A DNA stretch of 64,000 bases, from contig NW_005434593.1 in NCBI RefSeq assembly GCF_000315625.1, forward strand, positions 104,254 to 168,253, in the 5' to 3' direction. The DNA comes from Guillardia theta CCMP2712 (taxonomy: Eukaryota; Protista; Cryptophyta). Of the stretch, positions 13,233 to 25,926 are shown piece by piece (the stretch's first letter is position 1; every line of letters begins with the position of its first letter). The translations under genes and the position numbers were made by a program. The notes under the pieces were generated by a model, which was given only the letters and a program-made list of their open reading frames with translations, did no database searches and was not told the DNA's origin.

Positions 13233-16200
13233 ATGCCTCGATGGGCACCCCGCATGATGCAGCTGAAGATGCTCATTATCGTTGTGATCTGGTTTGCTTC
13301 TGCAGCTGCTGCGGAGTCTGATGAGATCTTGTCGCGGGCAGAGTCCTCTGATTCGCAGTCAATCCATGATGCACCTGCCAACCGCATGATGGAGATTCGC
13401 GATAGAATCGCTCGTGATTCCCAAGACTCTAAGAAACATGTTCATGCACTGTCCAAGCAACGCTCTCTTGATAGATCAGCTTCGCTGTCATCAGCAAGAC
13501 CACGCTCAAGATTGAACTCAGCTCAGGTTTCACATGCACAGGTCAGTGAGCTTTCTCTCCTCGACAACTCTCAGGTGAGCCTCGCGTGTATTGCCGCAAG
13601 TGCGAGTAACTTTGAAATGTTTGGCCCGACAGGCTCCGGGAGATGACATGGAGCGTCTTGGAGATTCTCTCCCAAGCATCGTGTATGGCGGCAGGAAGTA
13701 CGCCACACTCGACGGAGCTTACTATCAATCACAGAGGACTGATACCAGCCAAGACTGCCAGACAAGAGCCATGCGCCTCCCAAAGAGCTGGGCTGTAGCT
13801 CCTGACGATCAGACTTCGAGAGATGTCATCGGCATGTATACGTGGGGCACGACCTCCATGGTCGTCAACAGCGGGAACAGCTATCCCACCAACTGCATGT
13901 ATTGCTCCTACTCGCACAACAATCTGGAGCAAAGCAGCGATGGCTTGTACTGGCCCCAGTACTGCAACTCCCGAATTTTGATTGTTTACGTCGGATGTCC
14001 TCCAGGTCAGACTCGGGAGTTCTGCTCCAGCATGTTCCGCGATTCTGCAGAGTCAAAACCCGCAGCAGCTCACTTCTACGGGCCGACCAATTCATCCATA
14101 CTGAACACGACTTATCTCAAGCCAGATCCAACGTCAGGAAGAAACTGGAGCTACATCCTCCCGCCGACTTCGGTCGACGACAGCAGCTGGCTGGTGCCGA
14201 ACCTTGGGTTTCCCTTCTGCATCTTTGGAGGCAACCAGCAGACATCTGTGTTCGTCTCCTCCAACAGCTTCATCACCTTCGGAGGAGGTTCGTCGGCCTA
14301 CAGCTCACTCTCAGCTACGAATCCTTGGTATCCCACGCTGTTTGTCGGAGCTGGAGACACTTCAGCCCAGCTCATCGTCGGCAGTCCGATCAGGGAGGAC
14401 AACATGGACGCCTATGTGATCAGGTTCGAGGGGACTTCGTCGACCTCTGGTCAACCAGGAAATCCGAATCTTATCTTTGAGGTCACTTTCTTTGCCAACA
14501 ACACCCTGCGTGTGGCTGTGGGCAGACAGGACATTTATTTCTCAACCATGTACATGATGAGCGATGGAATGGGAACTACCTTAACGACTTTTGATCCTCG
14601 TGTTGGTCAACCTGTGCTGATAGTCTCTGGCGTCCCGTCTTCTAACATCCTGATCAATCTGCCATGTGTCACCTGCAGCAACATCACCATTCCTGAGCAC
14701 GCGTTGTACTCTCCGCTCCCCTCAGGAGCGCCAGAAACATGCAGTTGGATCTGTGAGCCTGGATTCTACCTGCAGGATGGCACCTGCATTGAGTGCACCG
14801 GCAAGCCTATGAACGCAACCTATGCAAATGATCAGTGCGGCTGGCTGTGCGACGTCGGGTTCTACAAATCAGGCAGCATGTGCTGGCCCTGTCTGAACCG
14901 GCCAGCCAACGCTGTCTTCGTATCAGCAGGACAGCAGCTGGGATCTGACTCCTGCGCCTGGCAGGAGGTTGCCCAGGAGTCAGGCTATGTGTTCTCGACC
15001 CTTGGAGGATACGGACCATACTCGCAGTACTCCACATGGGGCTGTCTCTCTGACAACGCCGAGTACCTCCCCTTGCCGGCAAGCTGGGTGGTGGCACCCG
15101 ATGATGAGCTCAGCATCAATGTCACCGCCAAGTACGACTGGGGAGCCCTCCGACTTGTGCTGGACAGTGGCTCCAGCTACTACACGAACAGCATACTGAA
15201 CGACATATCAGGTCCATCTTGGTACTGGGACATGATGTACTACTGGAGTACTCCAGGCAACCGTGATTACTACCAAAATGCTTTGACGACGTATGATGGA
15301 GTTTACTATCGGTCAACCGACTGTGATGCTCGAGTTCTCATCCGGGCCCCCATGTGTGCTGCTGGTTACCAACCGGCTGATCCCGAGGGGTTGAAGGAAT
15401 CTGCCAACATGTCGCAGTGTGTTCCTTGTTCGAACGAAATTCCAGCAGGTGCCGAGTACGTGCTCTCACCTTACGCTCAGCAGCTGAGCAGTTGCGGATG
15501 GAGCTGCAAGGTCGGCTACTATCCGACTGGTTCAACGTGTTCTCAGTGTGCAGGCAAGCCTTCCTTGGCTGTTTATACAGGAGCTGGGCTGCAGAGCAAG
15601 CCAGACAGCTGCTCATGGAGCTGCTTGCCTGGGTATCATAAAGTAGACGGATGGAGCTGTGAGACTTGTACTGACGCCCTTCCCTCAAACGCTCACTGGG
15701 AAGGCTCGGACTGCGCATGGGCCTGTGACTTCGGGTACCGACTGAACTCAAGCAATGTCTGCGAAGACATCTCGATTTACCTCGACGGGCAGCGATACGC
15801 TAGCTTGGACGGGCGCGGACCTCACGACTCCTCCCTGTGTGTCTGGAATGGAGCAAGAGAAATCCCTGCAGGATGGCTGCTAGCTCCTGACACCAGCGCG
15901 AGCGTTGCTGTCGCCTCCCAGTACACGTGGGGATCTAACTTGGTGGTCCTGGCCGATGGAAAGGCATGGAACTCGATGTACGGCAGCTACTGCTGTTCTT
16001 CTCAGCTGCATAATTACCAAGACAAATTTTTCTCCACTGAAAGCTGCAGCACTGTCCTCGTGGTAGCTGAAGACTGTCTTGCCGGTTATCATAGGGATCC
16101 AAACAACCTCACTCAATGTGTTGCTTGCAGTAACTACAAACCCGCCCATGCCTTCTACAACAGCAGTGGATTCCCTGCTTCTAAGAACAATTGTAAATGG

Positions 16201-19200
16201 CAGTGTGATGTTGGATACTATCCGGATGCTTCTGTGACTACTTGTATCCCCTGCTCCTCTGCTCCTCAAAACTCAATCTACACGAGCAGCAACGGTGACT
16301 GTGCCTGGACATGTCGTGCTGGCTTCTATCTCCAAGACACGTCATGCAAAGCATGCAGAACGATTCTGCCAGACTTCGCCTACTTCATCGCAGGTGCTGA
16401 TAATTCTCAGACGTGTCAGTGGGCATGTCGTTTCGGATATATGCAGGTCGGAGGAAGATGCGTGGGACTAGAGTATTCTGGCAGATACTATGCCACACTT
16501 AGCGGCCGAGGCCCTAACGATCCGTATACGTGCGAGAACAACCCGTACATGGCGATACCCCAGGGCTGGGAGCTAGCGCCCAACACACAAGACAGTCAGT
16601 ATGTGACTTGGCTCTACCCGTGGGGATCCAACGCCTTGTTTCTCGCTGACGGCACCGAGTGGTGCACAGCAAGAAACAGTCAAACGAGTCCAAGTAGATG
16701 CTGGTGGAGCTCAATGGTATCTTACAACGGCATGTACAAGAGCAACGGGTGTGACCAGGCTATTCTGTTGCGCTCCATCGATTGTGCCTCGGGATACAGT
16801 CAGAGCGGCTCCAGCTGTGTGCCCTGCAGCAACTCCATCCCTGCAAATGCTTCATACGGAGCTCTAGAGCAGGTGGGCGGAACAACCTCGTTCTCATCGT
16901 GCGGCTACACCTGCGACGCAGGTTTCTACATGCAGGGAGGCACCTGCGTCCATTGCAACCAACTTGTTTTGCCAGCAAATGCCGAATACGTGCGACTAAC
17001 TATCAGGGCGAGCAGCCAGTATGAATGTCAGTGGCGATGCATGGCAGGCTACTACCTCAAGGCCGGGCAGTGCGTCGCGTGCGAGGAGGTGAAGCCTGTG
17101 CGGGCTCACTGGCTGGTCGAGGGGACGAACGGGACGATGTGCGGGTGGGCGTGCGACTTCGGGTCCTACTCGTCCGCAGACGGAGACTGTCGTCCGCTAC
17201 AGGCCTACGGAAGGTACTACGCGGCCCTCGACGGCTCCTCACCGTACAGCTACAGCGGGGGTTGTGACGGAAACGAGCTGAGAGCAATACCTGCTGGCTG
17301 GCAGATCGCTCCTAACACCATGGAGAGTCAGATGACCGTGTGGATGCACGGCTGGGATAACTGCCTCCTCATGCTCGCAGACGGCTCCAGCTGGCAGACT
17401 TCAAGCTGTTGGCAGCAGACGTCATCACCTCAGTCGCAATGCTGCTACTCGCTCATCTCGTACGACGGCATGTACAGGTCGTCGTACGGCTGCAGCGGGT
17501 CGGTTCTGCTTGTGTCGGAGTCCTGTGCGGCGGGCTACTACTTCCACAACGGCACCAACTGCAGCAGCTGCGCTAACCCGATCCCCCCTCACGCCGTGTA
17601 TGCCCAGCAGCTTGACCCCAGCAGGTACAGCGACAGCGTCTGTCCGTGGGAGTGCGAGCCTGGCTACGTGCGACGAGGCGAGGCGTGCGAGGCGTGCGGG
17701 ACGGCACCGGGCAACGCAGAGTACGTGTCGTACGGGCCGGGGGGGCTGAACGGGTCATGGACGGAGTGCGGGTGGCGATGCATGGCAGGCTACTACCTCA
17801 AGGCCGGGCAGTGCGTCGCGTGCGAGGAGGTGAAGCCTGTGCGGGCTCACTGGCTGGTCGAGGGGACGAACGGGACGATGTGCGGGTGGGCGTGCGACTT
17901 CGGGTCCTACTCGTCCGCAGACGGAGACTGTCGTCCGCTACAGGCCTACGGAAGGTACTACGCGGCCCTCGACGGCTCCTCACCGTACAGCTACAGCGGG
18001 GGTTGTGACGGAAACGAGCTGAGAGCAATACCTGCTGGCTGGCAGATCGCTCCTAACACCATGGAGAGTCAGATGACCGTGTGGATGCACGGCTGGGATA
18101 ACTGCCTCCTCATGCTCGCAGACGGCTCCAGCTGGCAGACTTCAAGCTGTTGGCAGCAGACGTCATCACCTCAGTCGCAATGCTGCTACTCGCTCATCTC
18201 GTACGACGGCATGTACAGGTCGTCGTACGGCTGCAGCGGGTCGGTTCTGCTTGTGTCGGAGTCCTGTGCGGCGGGCTACTACTTCCACAACGGCACCAAC
18301 TGCAGCAGCTGCGCTAACCCGATCCCCCCTCACGCCGTGTATGCCCAGCAGCTTGACCCCAGCAGGTACAGCGACAGCGTCTGTCCGTGGGAGTGCGAGC
18401 CTGGCTACGTGCGACGAGGCGAGGCGTGCGAGGCGTGCGGGACGGCACCGGGCAACGCAGAGTACGTGTCGTACGGGCCGGGGGGGCTGAACGGGTCATG
18501 GACGGAGTGCGGGTGGCGATGCATGGCAGGCTACTACCTCAAGGCCGGGCAGTGCGTCGCGTGCGAGGAGGTGAAGCCTGTGCGGGCTCACTGGCTGGTC
18601 GAGGGGACGAACGGGACGATGTGCGGGTGGGCGTGCGACTTTGGGAGCTTTCAACGGATCTCTCAAGGGCCCAACAACAAGCCGGTCGTGAGCTGTGAGA
18701 TGTTTCAGTACGGCAATAGATACTATGCAACGTTGTACAGTCACTCTCCCGAGGATACGCGGCAGTGCACAAGTGACATGAGGTTTCGTAGCATCCCTGC
18801 CGGCTTCATGATAGCCCCCAACACCATGGACAGTGAAATGGTCACGGCAACACAGCGCTGGGGTGTTTGTCGCTTGCAGCTCTCAGATGGTTCTCTCTGG
18901 CAGACGTCCAATTGCGCCTGCTGTAACTCTCCCTCCTTCTACATGAATAGCCTCCTCATCTCCCGGGGAGACCAGTACCGAGCTTGGGACTCTTGCAGTG
19001 ATATCCTTCTTGTCTCCTTGTTCTGCTCCCCTGGTTTCTACCTTTCAGGTTCTTCCTGCGTCTCCTGCACAAATCCTATTCCTGCAAACGCCAGCTATGC
19101 TGCAGCTTCCAACCCTGGGCAGTACGCTGACAGCAAGTGTCCCTGGCAGTGCGACGCTGGATTCTATCAGAGCTCTGAGTGGATGGTTTGTCTTCCCTGC

Positions 19201-21428
19201 ACTAACTCGATCCCCAAGTTTGCCTTCTACTCCACCGCGGGCCTCGTGGATCAGCCTGAGTCCTGCCAATGGGCCTGTGCCAACAACCTCAGTTATGGCG
19301 CTGGCTGCAACGTCAGCAGATCTCACGACCTCGAGCACGAGGTCAGTTACAAGGGAAGAGTCTTCGCGTCCTTCGACGACGTCGCACCCACGTCTTTGAA
19401 TCGTTCCTGCCAACGTGACGGCTCCATGCTTCAGCAGCCTCCGTTGGGCTGGGTGGTGGCTCCGTGGAGCGAAGACGCTGTGAGAGTCATCGCGTCATAC
19501 CCGTGGGGAGCTCGAGGGATGGTGCTGGCAGACAGCGTTGCTTACCAGACGGGCAGGATGTACGAGGACTACATGGGCTACTACACGCCTGGGACTGTGG
19601 TGTCTGACTATGCCATGTATCGCAGCGGCAACTCATACGCTCTCATGTACTGCGACAATCAGTTCTGGGCCTTGAGGATCCTTCTCGTCCGCCTAGACTG
19701 CGCTGAGGGCTATCAGGGCAGGGGGGATCAGAACTGCACGCCATGCTCCCAGCTCCTGCCTGCCAACGCCGTGGCTTCCTCCGGGCCAAATGGATGTGGG
19801 TGGACCTGTCAGGCAGGATACTTCAAGTCTTACGACGCTTGCTCTGCGTGCAATCCCAGGTATCCAAAGCCTGAGAATGCCGTCTACGTGGAATCAGATG
19901 ACGCAAGTGGTGTGGTATGCCCGTGGCGGTGCGGCCTCGGTCACTACCGCAGCTACGGCAGCTGTCTTCCATGCATGAACAAGCCTAACATGGCTTACTT
20001 CCTCAGCAGCAGCTCCGAAGAGTGCTCGTGGCGTTGTCAGCCCGGCTACTACAGGTTGGGGATGCAGTGTCTGCCTTGTTCGAACCCTCTCTCTGCTGAG
20101 GACGGAGTCATCCTCCGACCAGGATCTGTTCTGTGCAATGTGACTTCATCCTGCAGTGCCAGCAGCTGGCAGGGGAGCTCGTACCAGTGCGGATGGATCT
20201 ATGCGGTGACCTCGGAGAGCGGGGACGAGTACGCTGTGCTTGTTGACAACATGACGACCCCGTGGGATCCCCTGCAAGGCCCAATCTCAACTCCCAATCA
20301 GATGCTTCAGTGCGGCATGGTCCAGCTTCCAGCGGGCTGGCAAGTAGCCCCCAACGACACGGACGCGGCTGGAGTAGTTACTCGCTATCCCTGGGGCCTC
20401 CGCAGGCTGGTGGTGGCGGACGGGACAGTCTACTCGACCTTCAACGATGATTCCATGGTTCCGGGAAGCATTTCCCAGCTCTCTGGCTTGACCAAGTCCA
20501 TCAGGACTGACGCCGAGCTGTACTCGCTGTCACCAGGTGTAAACTGCCATGACACGCGTATCCTCATCAAGAAGATCCGCTGCAACCCCGGCGAGTACAT
20601 CTCAGGATCCTCCTGTCGGACCTGCTCGAACCCCGTGTGCAGGAGCGGAGAGCATGCTCTGCCTTGCAGCGAGTTCCAAGACAGCGTCTGCAGCTCAGCT
20701 GTCCAGCCATGCAGAGGCAAGTGCAACTGTCAGCTCTACCAGGCAGCAACAGGCTCGATGAGTGATGGGTCAGCCATGTCCAGCCTGTACGACGACGGGA
20801 GCAGCTGCAGGTGGCTCATACAGCCCGCTGGAGCGAGCTCCATCAAGATCGACTTCACCTCCTTCGCGCTCGAGGCTGGGTATGACTTTGTCACTGTGAA
20901 CCAGTGCATCGGGCTCGCAGCTCCCAACCTCGAGTGCATCGGCAGCACGGAGCTGGTGAAGCTCACGGGGACCCCCGAGCTCGGCAGCCTCACCTACACC
21001 TCCAGCTACGGCATCATCGAGATTGTCTTCCAGACCGACGAGAGCGTTGCCTACCAGGGCTTCACGATGACGTGGACGGCAAACATCTCGAGCAACGCAC
21101 TCTCTCGGTACTGGTTCGTCAAGAGCCAGTACCTTGACTGTCGGATGCAGCATAGTTGGCAGGACATCGTCGAGGGCCTTTCGGTCCAAAACAAGACGTT
21201 TGCGATGGGAGGCCTCGGGGAGCTGATGATCAGGGGGGAGCTCGAGGTCTGGGTGTGTACCCTTGCTGATGCTTGCTCGCTGCCTGGAGATGCCTTCTGT
21301 TACATTTACGACGAGCAGCGAGAGGTCTTCGTGCCATGGTAAGCTGCTACTACCTGCCTGCCTGCCTGCCGCCCTCTGACTCTCTTGTACGCAGGGACAA
21401 GAACAGCAACCTGAAGCTTGTAGAATAG
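13233..21428 (+). CDS. Giant (~2,700 aa) secreted Cys-rich repeat protein: signal peptide, NIDO-like region, CxWxCxxGYY repeats, nine copies of an unknown module, C-terminal CUB domain
   Basis: Exon 1 (13233-13574) carries the signal LIIVVIWFASAAAA. Intron 13575-13632 joins it in frame to the 2583-aa ORF. NIDO-like motif LGFPFCIFGG...VFVSSNSFITF; CUB motifs CRWLIQP...IDFTSFALEAGYDFVTV...VFQTDESVAYQGF. Probable last intron 21339-21394. Confidence 0.88.
17031..18641 (+). repeat. Apparently identical 741-bp (247-aa) coding tandem repeat, about 2.2 copies
   Basis: Units start at 17031, 17772 and 18513. Identical shadow ORFs in the track are offset by exactly 741. Confidence 0.95.
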
Positions 21429-22366
21429 AAGCGCGAAGAAGAATTCCATGGCAACAGTGATACGCAATAGATTGTCTGTCTCTCAGATTTAGTACATAAA
21501 CCTTAACAGACGAATATACTATCTTCTCACGAGTCTCCTTCAACTTGCAACATCCCTGGTTGTATGAACCTCTTTGAGTTGCAACCTTGTCTCTCTGTTG
21601 ACTGCGACTATCTCCTGCCTCTTTCAGCTTTACGGAGAACTGTATCTGTGCTCGTTGTGTGAAGGAATGTGAAGCAGAATGAACTTGATCCCGATGTTCA
21701 AGTTAGAACTGCTGAATGTTACAGATATGTGCCTTTCTTTTTTTATCTGTAAAAGAGTTTTTTTTAAAATCAAAATCGTAGAAGGCATGGCAGCTGCTCT
21801 ACCATGCTGCTGCTGCTGCTCCTGCTGCTGCTCCTCCTCCTTCTTTAGTTTCTTTCAAATAATCCTCCTGCTCCTCCTCCTCCTTCTTTAGTTTCCTTCA
21901 AATGCTGCTCCTGCTCCTGTTCCTGCATCTTCCTCTTCTCCTGCTCCATCTTCCTTTCTCTATCTGGCGTCTCTTCTCTGTCTATATGTCGTGGGCTACA
22001 TCTCATGTCCCTTCCCTGGGTTCTTCATGTCATCTTGTCTTATCCCGTACACCATCTTCTGCTCTACACTGCACCAGCCCTTCAAACCTCAATCTCATCA
22101 GCACCTCATACCCCCAAGTCTACTTGCTATCCTCTCCTATTGAGATAGAGTAGAGATAGAGCCTATCAAAGATGACGAGGGCAGGATTCGCATCTCAACT
22201 TCTAGATAGCTTGTACACAAATCAGTTCCCCCCCCTCAATCTCCATCCTTCTGCTCAACCTGCTGTGTGTAACACATCCTGTTGTGCTAACGTGTATCTC
22301 GATGCTGTGTCCTGTTTGCACCTTTATTGCGTGCTTCCTGACATTTCTAACTCAGGTGTATCGGAC

Positions 22367-23644
22367 ATGCCGGCTCGGACTCACCAGCCAGTTTCTCGGG
22401 CTGCAGCAGATGATAGGGAAGAAGAAGGATACATCCTGACGGCAAACTGGGGAAACATCTTTATCACTCTCTCTCTCCTCCCCATTGCTATGTTTGCCAT
22501 CCTGAATCCAATCTCTGTCTTCTTCCTAGTCTTCTGGTCGATCACAGCAACTTTTGTCTCCTTCGCGCCTAAGTTCTGCTATTTCCTCCTCCTCGAGTGG
22601 GCGATCTTACGAGGCCGAGGCTCCAAGTTCTTCGATGCCAACCACACCAAGCGCATCCGCGGAGTCTTCCCCTCCCTGTCGATGGACCTTGCGTGGCTGG
22701 AAGCCTTCACGACCGAGATGACCAACAGGATCGGTGGAGGAGACATAGTAGCGAGCGCTGCACTCAAGGAGGTCGCGCTAGCTCGCAAGAAGTACTCGGA
22801 GCGCGTGCTGACATGGGAGGAGATGCTGGAGCGGTTGCTCAGGTTCCCGTGGTTCCTCTTCCAAAGATTCCGGGAGCACGTGGAGAGCTGCTTCAACATC
22901 GCTTCTCACACTGTCCTCAAGTTCATCGCCTTGAGGATCATTGTGAAGTTGTACAGCAAACATCCCGTGAGCCAGCGCGGCAGGTGAGGATGAGGTATCA
23001 TGTAGGAGCGAAGAGAATGTCAGTGAATATAACCAGAGCAAATAAATCAATTATGTTGGATTTTGTGATGTTGACACAAGTCAGTGCAAGTGGTGGAGAT
23101 CGAGCAAGACGTCAACCAGCAGTTAGACATGCAGTTTGCCTCTCTGCTCCGCCTCCTCCTCCGCCTCACGAGACGCGCCGTCAACCCAACGCAGGATTCA
23201 TGGAATTCTATCGTAACAAGACCCACTAGTCCCTCTAGTACCCCTGGTAATATGCCTTGCGGGGAGAGTCGTTGGACCAGGGGGTAAACCTTGGGTCCAA
23301 GATAGCGTCCATGCTCTCGTGGACTCCCGTGTACTGGGAGGTGTGAGGGGTGCTGAACTTGCGAGCGAACTTGGCGTTCTCCCTCTCAATCTGCTTCTGT
23401 CTCATCGCAAGAGCCTGTCCTCCCAGCAAGTCATGACAAGTTATATTTGGACACTCTCTATCTCACCTGGGGAGTGTTGGCCTTCCTGATGTTGTTGATC
23501 GCCACTCGGTCCTCCCAGGAGTTCACCCTGCTCCATGGCGCAAAGTATCCCATGTTCTGCATAATCTGCGAGCCCATCACCGATTCGAGGAAGCAAATCG
23601 AGGAAGTGGTGGAACGATTCTCATCCCACGTCCGGGAGAAATAA
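22367..23644 (+). CDS. Membrane protein of unknown function, probably 3 exons
   Basis: Hydrophobic segments IFITLSLLPIAMFAIL... and LYLTWGVLAFLMLLIAT. Introns 22967-23080 and 23247-23426 keep the frame. Confidence 0.55.
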
Positions 23645-24285
23645 AGGGAGAGGAGACGATGGATCAAGCATAAAGGAACGTGGAGATAGGAGAGTGTAGA
23701 AGGAGGTGACGGAGCAGGAAGCAATCGAATCATGAGTAGACAACAAGGACGAGAGTCTTTACCCTTGCATACTGCTGAGGAAGCGTAAGCTTGTCCTCAT
23801 GCTTCTTAGCGGCGCCCTCGCGCATCATCTGAGTCATGGGACGCGCTGCTGCTGGCTGGGAGCTCCTCTGCCAGAAGAAATCAATATCGGGATGCTACCT
23901 CCCAACTCAACCAAGGACACGTTCACATCAAGTAATGATAACACCGTTGTTCAGAATTCACTCACGACATCACGACCGGCGTTCGAAAAAATCTCAGCCA
24001 TAACATCGACAAGAGACAACAACATGGATAGACAAGGAGAAGAAAGATCATCCTCCCATGGTCCTCCTCACTCCATCTTACCAGGACGTTGATTACTCCG
24101 AGGTTGTCCTTTGGGAACTCAACCTCCTCGATCCTCCCCTGAGTTCTTCCATGAAGGAAGACAACAGCCAAGATGGCAACTGCCGCAAGGACGAAGACAG
24201 ACAGGAGGGGGAGGGAAGGAAGGGTCTTCCTCGTCCTCGTCCTCTCCTCCTCCACCTTCGCCTCCATCGACCCGTACCCAACCAT
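23235..24285 (-). CDS. Small type II single-pass membrane protein, about 4 exons
   Basis: MVGYGSMEAK...LLSVFVLAAVAILAVVFL (TM)...VINVL-IFSNAGRDV-RSSQPAAARPMTQMMREG...QQYAR-ALAMRQKQ...YYQGY*. The exons are joined by phase-0 GT-AG introns. Confidence 0.6.
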
Positions 24286-25088
24286 ATTATTGCGCGCGGC
24301 TCTTCGTCACAAGGCTCTTTCCTCATAGGTTACCACCCTACCTTTTTCCCTTTAATTTACCTCCTACCCCTCATTTCTACTATCATTCCCACCCCTACCA
24401 ATCACCAGAGTCGTGGCTCATAACCGTTGTGAGAAAAATCGGCGACGCGGCCGAGTGACTCGGAGACCCGCCGCCGCCGGACTCCGGGAGGCCGCCGCCC
24501 GGCCGGCCCGACCCAGGCTGGCTGAGGCCCGAGGACTACATCATGATACGTGATCCGAGTGATCGGAAGGGAGAGGGAGAGGACTCTAGGAAAACTTTTT
24601 ACTCAAAGTTAAGTTAAAATCAGTACGAGGACAATCAGGAGACCAATTTGCCTGCTGTCCCCGGCACACTAGGAAAACCTTCACTCGAAATTAATTTGGA
24701 GGACAATCACTGAGGAGCATCAGGAGAGTAGAGGATGCCAGTCAGAGGCTCGACTCCGATCCGATCATCACCGGCGGCGCTGAGCTACTCTTGAATACGA
24801 GTCCGGGTGACGGCCCGGGCGGCTCAGCGCCTCAGCCTGGGGGGCGCCGGTTGATGATGATTTGACCTTTTTTTATCGGAATGCTGGACAGTGGCAAGGG
24901 AGGAGGATGGAACTGAGGTTGTGAACTGAGGGGGAAGGGGAGATGGAGGAAAGCCTCGGAGATGAAGAAATGTAAGAAGAAACTTACTGACCATTCCGGC
25001 TAGTAGAACGGCGATGATTCCGCGCGGCAGCCTACTGAAGCCCAAAAGAAGGAGGGAGTGAGCAGGACGAGCGCGGAGTTTCCACCGC

Positions 25089-25882
25089 ATGGCAATTTTC
25101 TTACGGGTGAAGCAAAATCTCGACCTCCTCGACATTGAGCTGAACCTCGTACGTTGTGCAATTTCAGGTCCTGCATCTTTCCATCCTGGGGATCTTGGAG
25201 GCATGCGCTGCAGTGGCATGTTGCTCCCCTGCTCATGACGTTGGCCAGGTGTCTTACCTCCTGTGGCTGCTGTACAGAAAGTACGAGGAGCGGCAGCAGC
25301 GGATCAAGCACGAGCACGAGGACAAGATCAAGAAGGAAAAGGTGTGCTGTCCTTCCTCCTCATTGCGCACATCCTTCACAGCGCAGACCTCCTTGTGTGT
25401 AACATGTTGCCAGGAGTTCGAAGAGGAGAACAGCGCATGGCAGAGAGCCTTCCAACGAGAGAACCTGCCCCGGTCCGCCTGCTCCTCCTCTCCGCAGCTT
25501 CACTGCTAACTCGTTGCAGGTGTGAGTTCTGCATGAACGCGGGGCTGGGAGAGGAGGCGATCGGGCACTCGGTAACGCCCGACACTCTGGTTGGGAGGAA
25601 GCAAGTTCTCACTATCGCCACAGTTGTATGATGATGCAGGACATGTACAATGTCCTGTGTTGCTGGAGCGACAAGCCAAGTTGCTCAGGCTGGAGGAGAA
25701 AGAGGAGACAGTGGAATCCGAGACTACGTAGGACGGGTATGTTGATGCGTTGACGAATCTGATCTTGTGCTTGCAGCAGTTCGACAGTCTCAAAAGAGGA
25801 TGTGAAGCCTCGCAAAGTGGCGAAGCTGGAAGTAGACGATGAGATTTATGCTTTTTACGATCCTTACCACCAGAGAATGTAG
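25089..25882 (+). CDS. Small protein with N-terminal hydrophobic anchor, coiled coil and one Nanos-like CCHC zinc finger
   Basis: Spliced translation: MAIFLR-VLHLSILGILE-VSYLLWLLYRKYEERQQRIKHE...CEFCMNAGLGEEAIGHS-LYDDAGHVQCPVLLERQ...YHQRM*. Introns are about 50-60 nt. Confidence 0.65.
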
Positions 25883-25926
25883 ATGAATCATCTCAATCTC
25901 TTCATCGTCATCCTAGGGCGTGTATG

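Noticed and set aside
11592-13257. Three ~500-aa ORFs spanning the gap
   Set aside because: Artefacts of the N run plus (CTCTC)n microsatellite.
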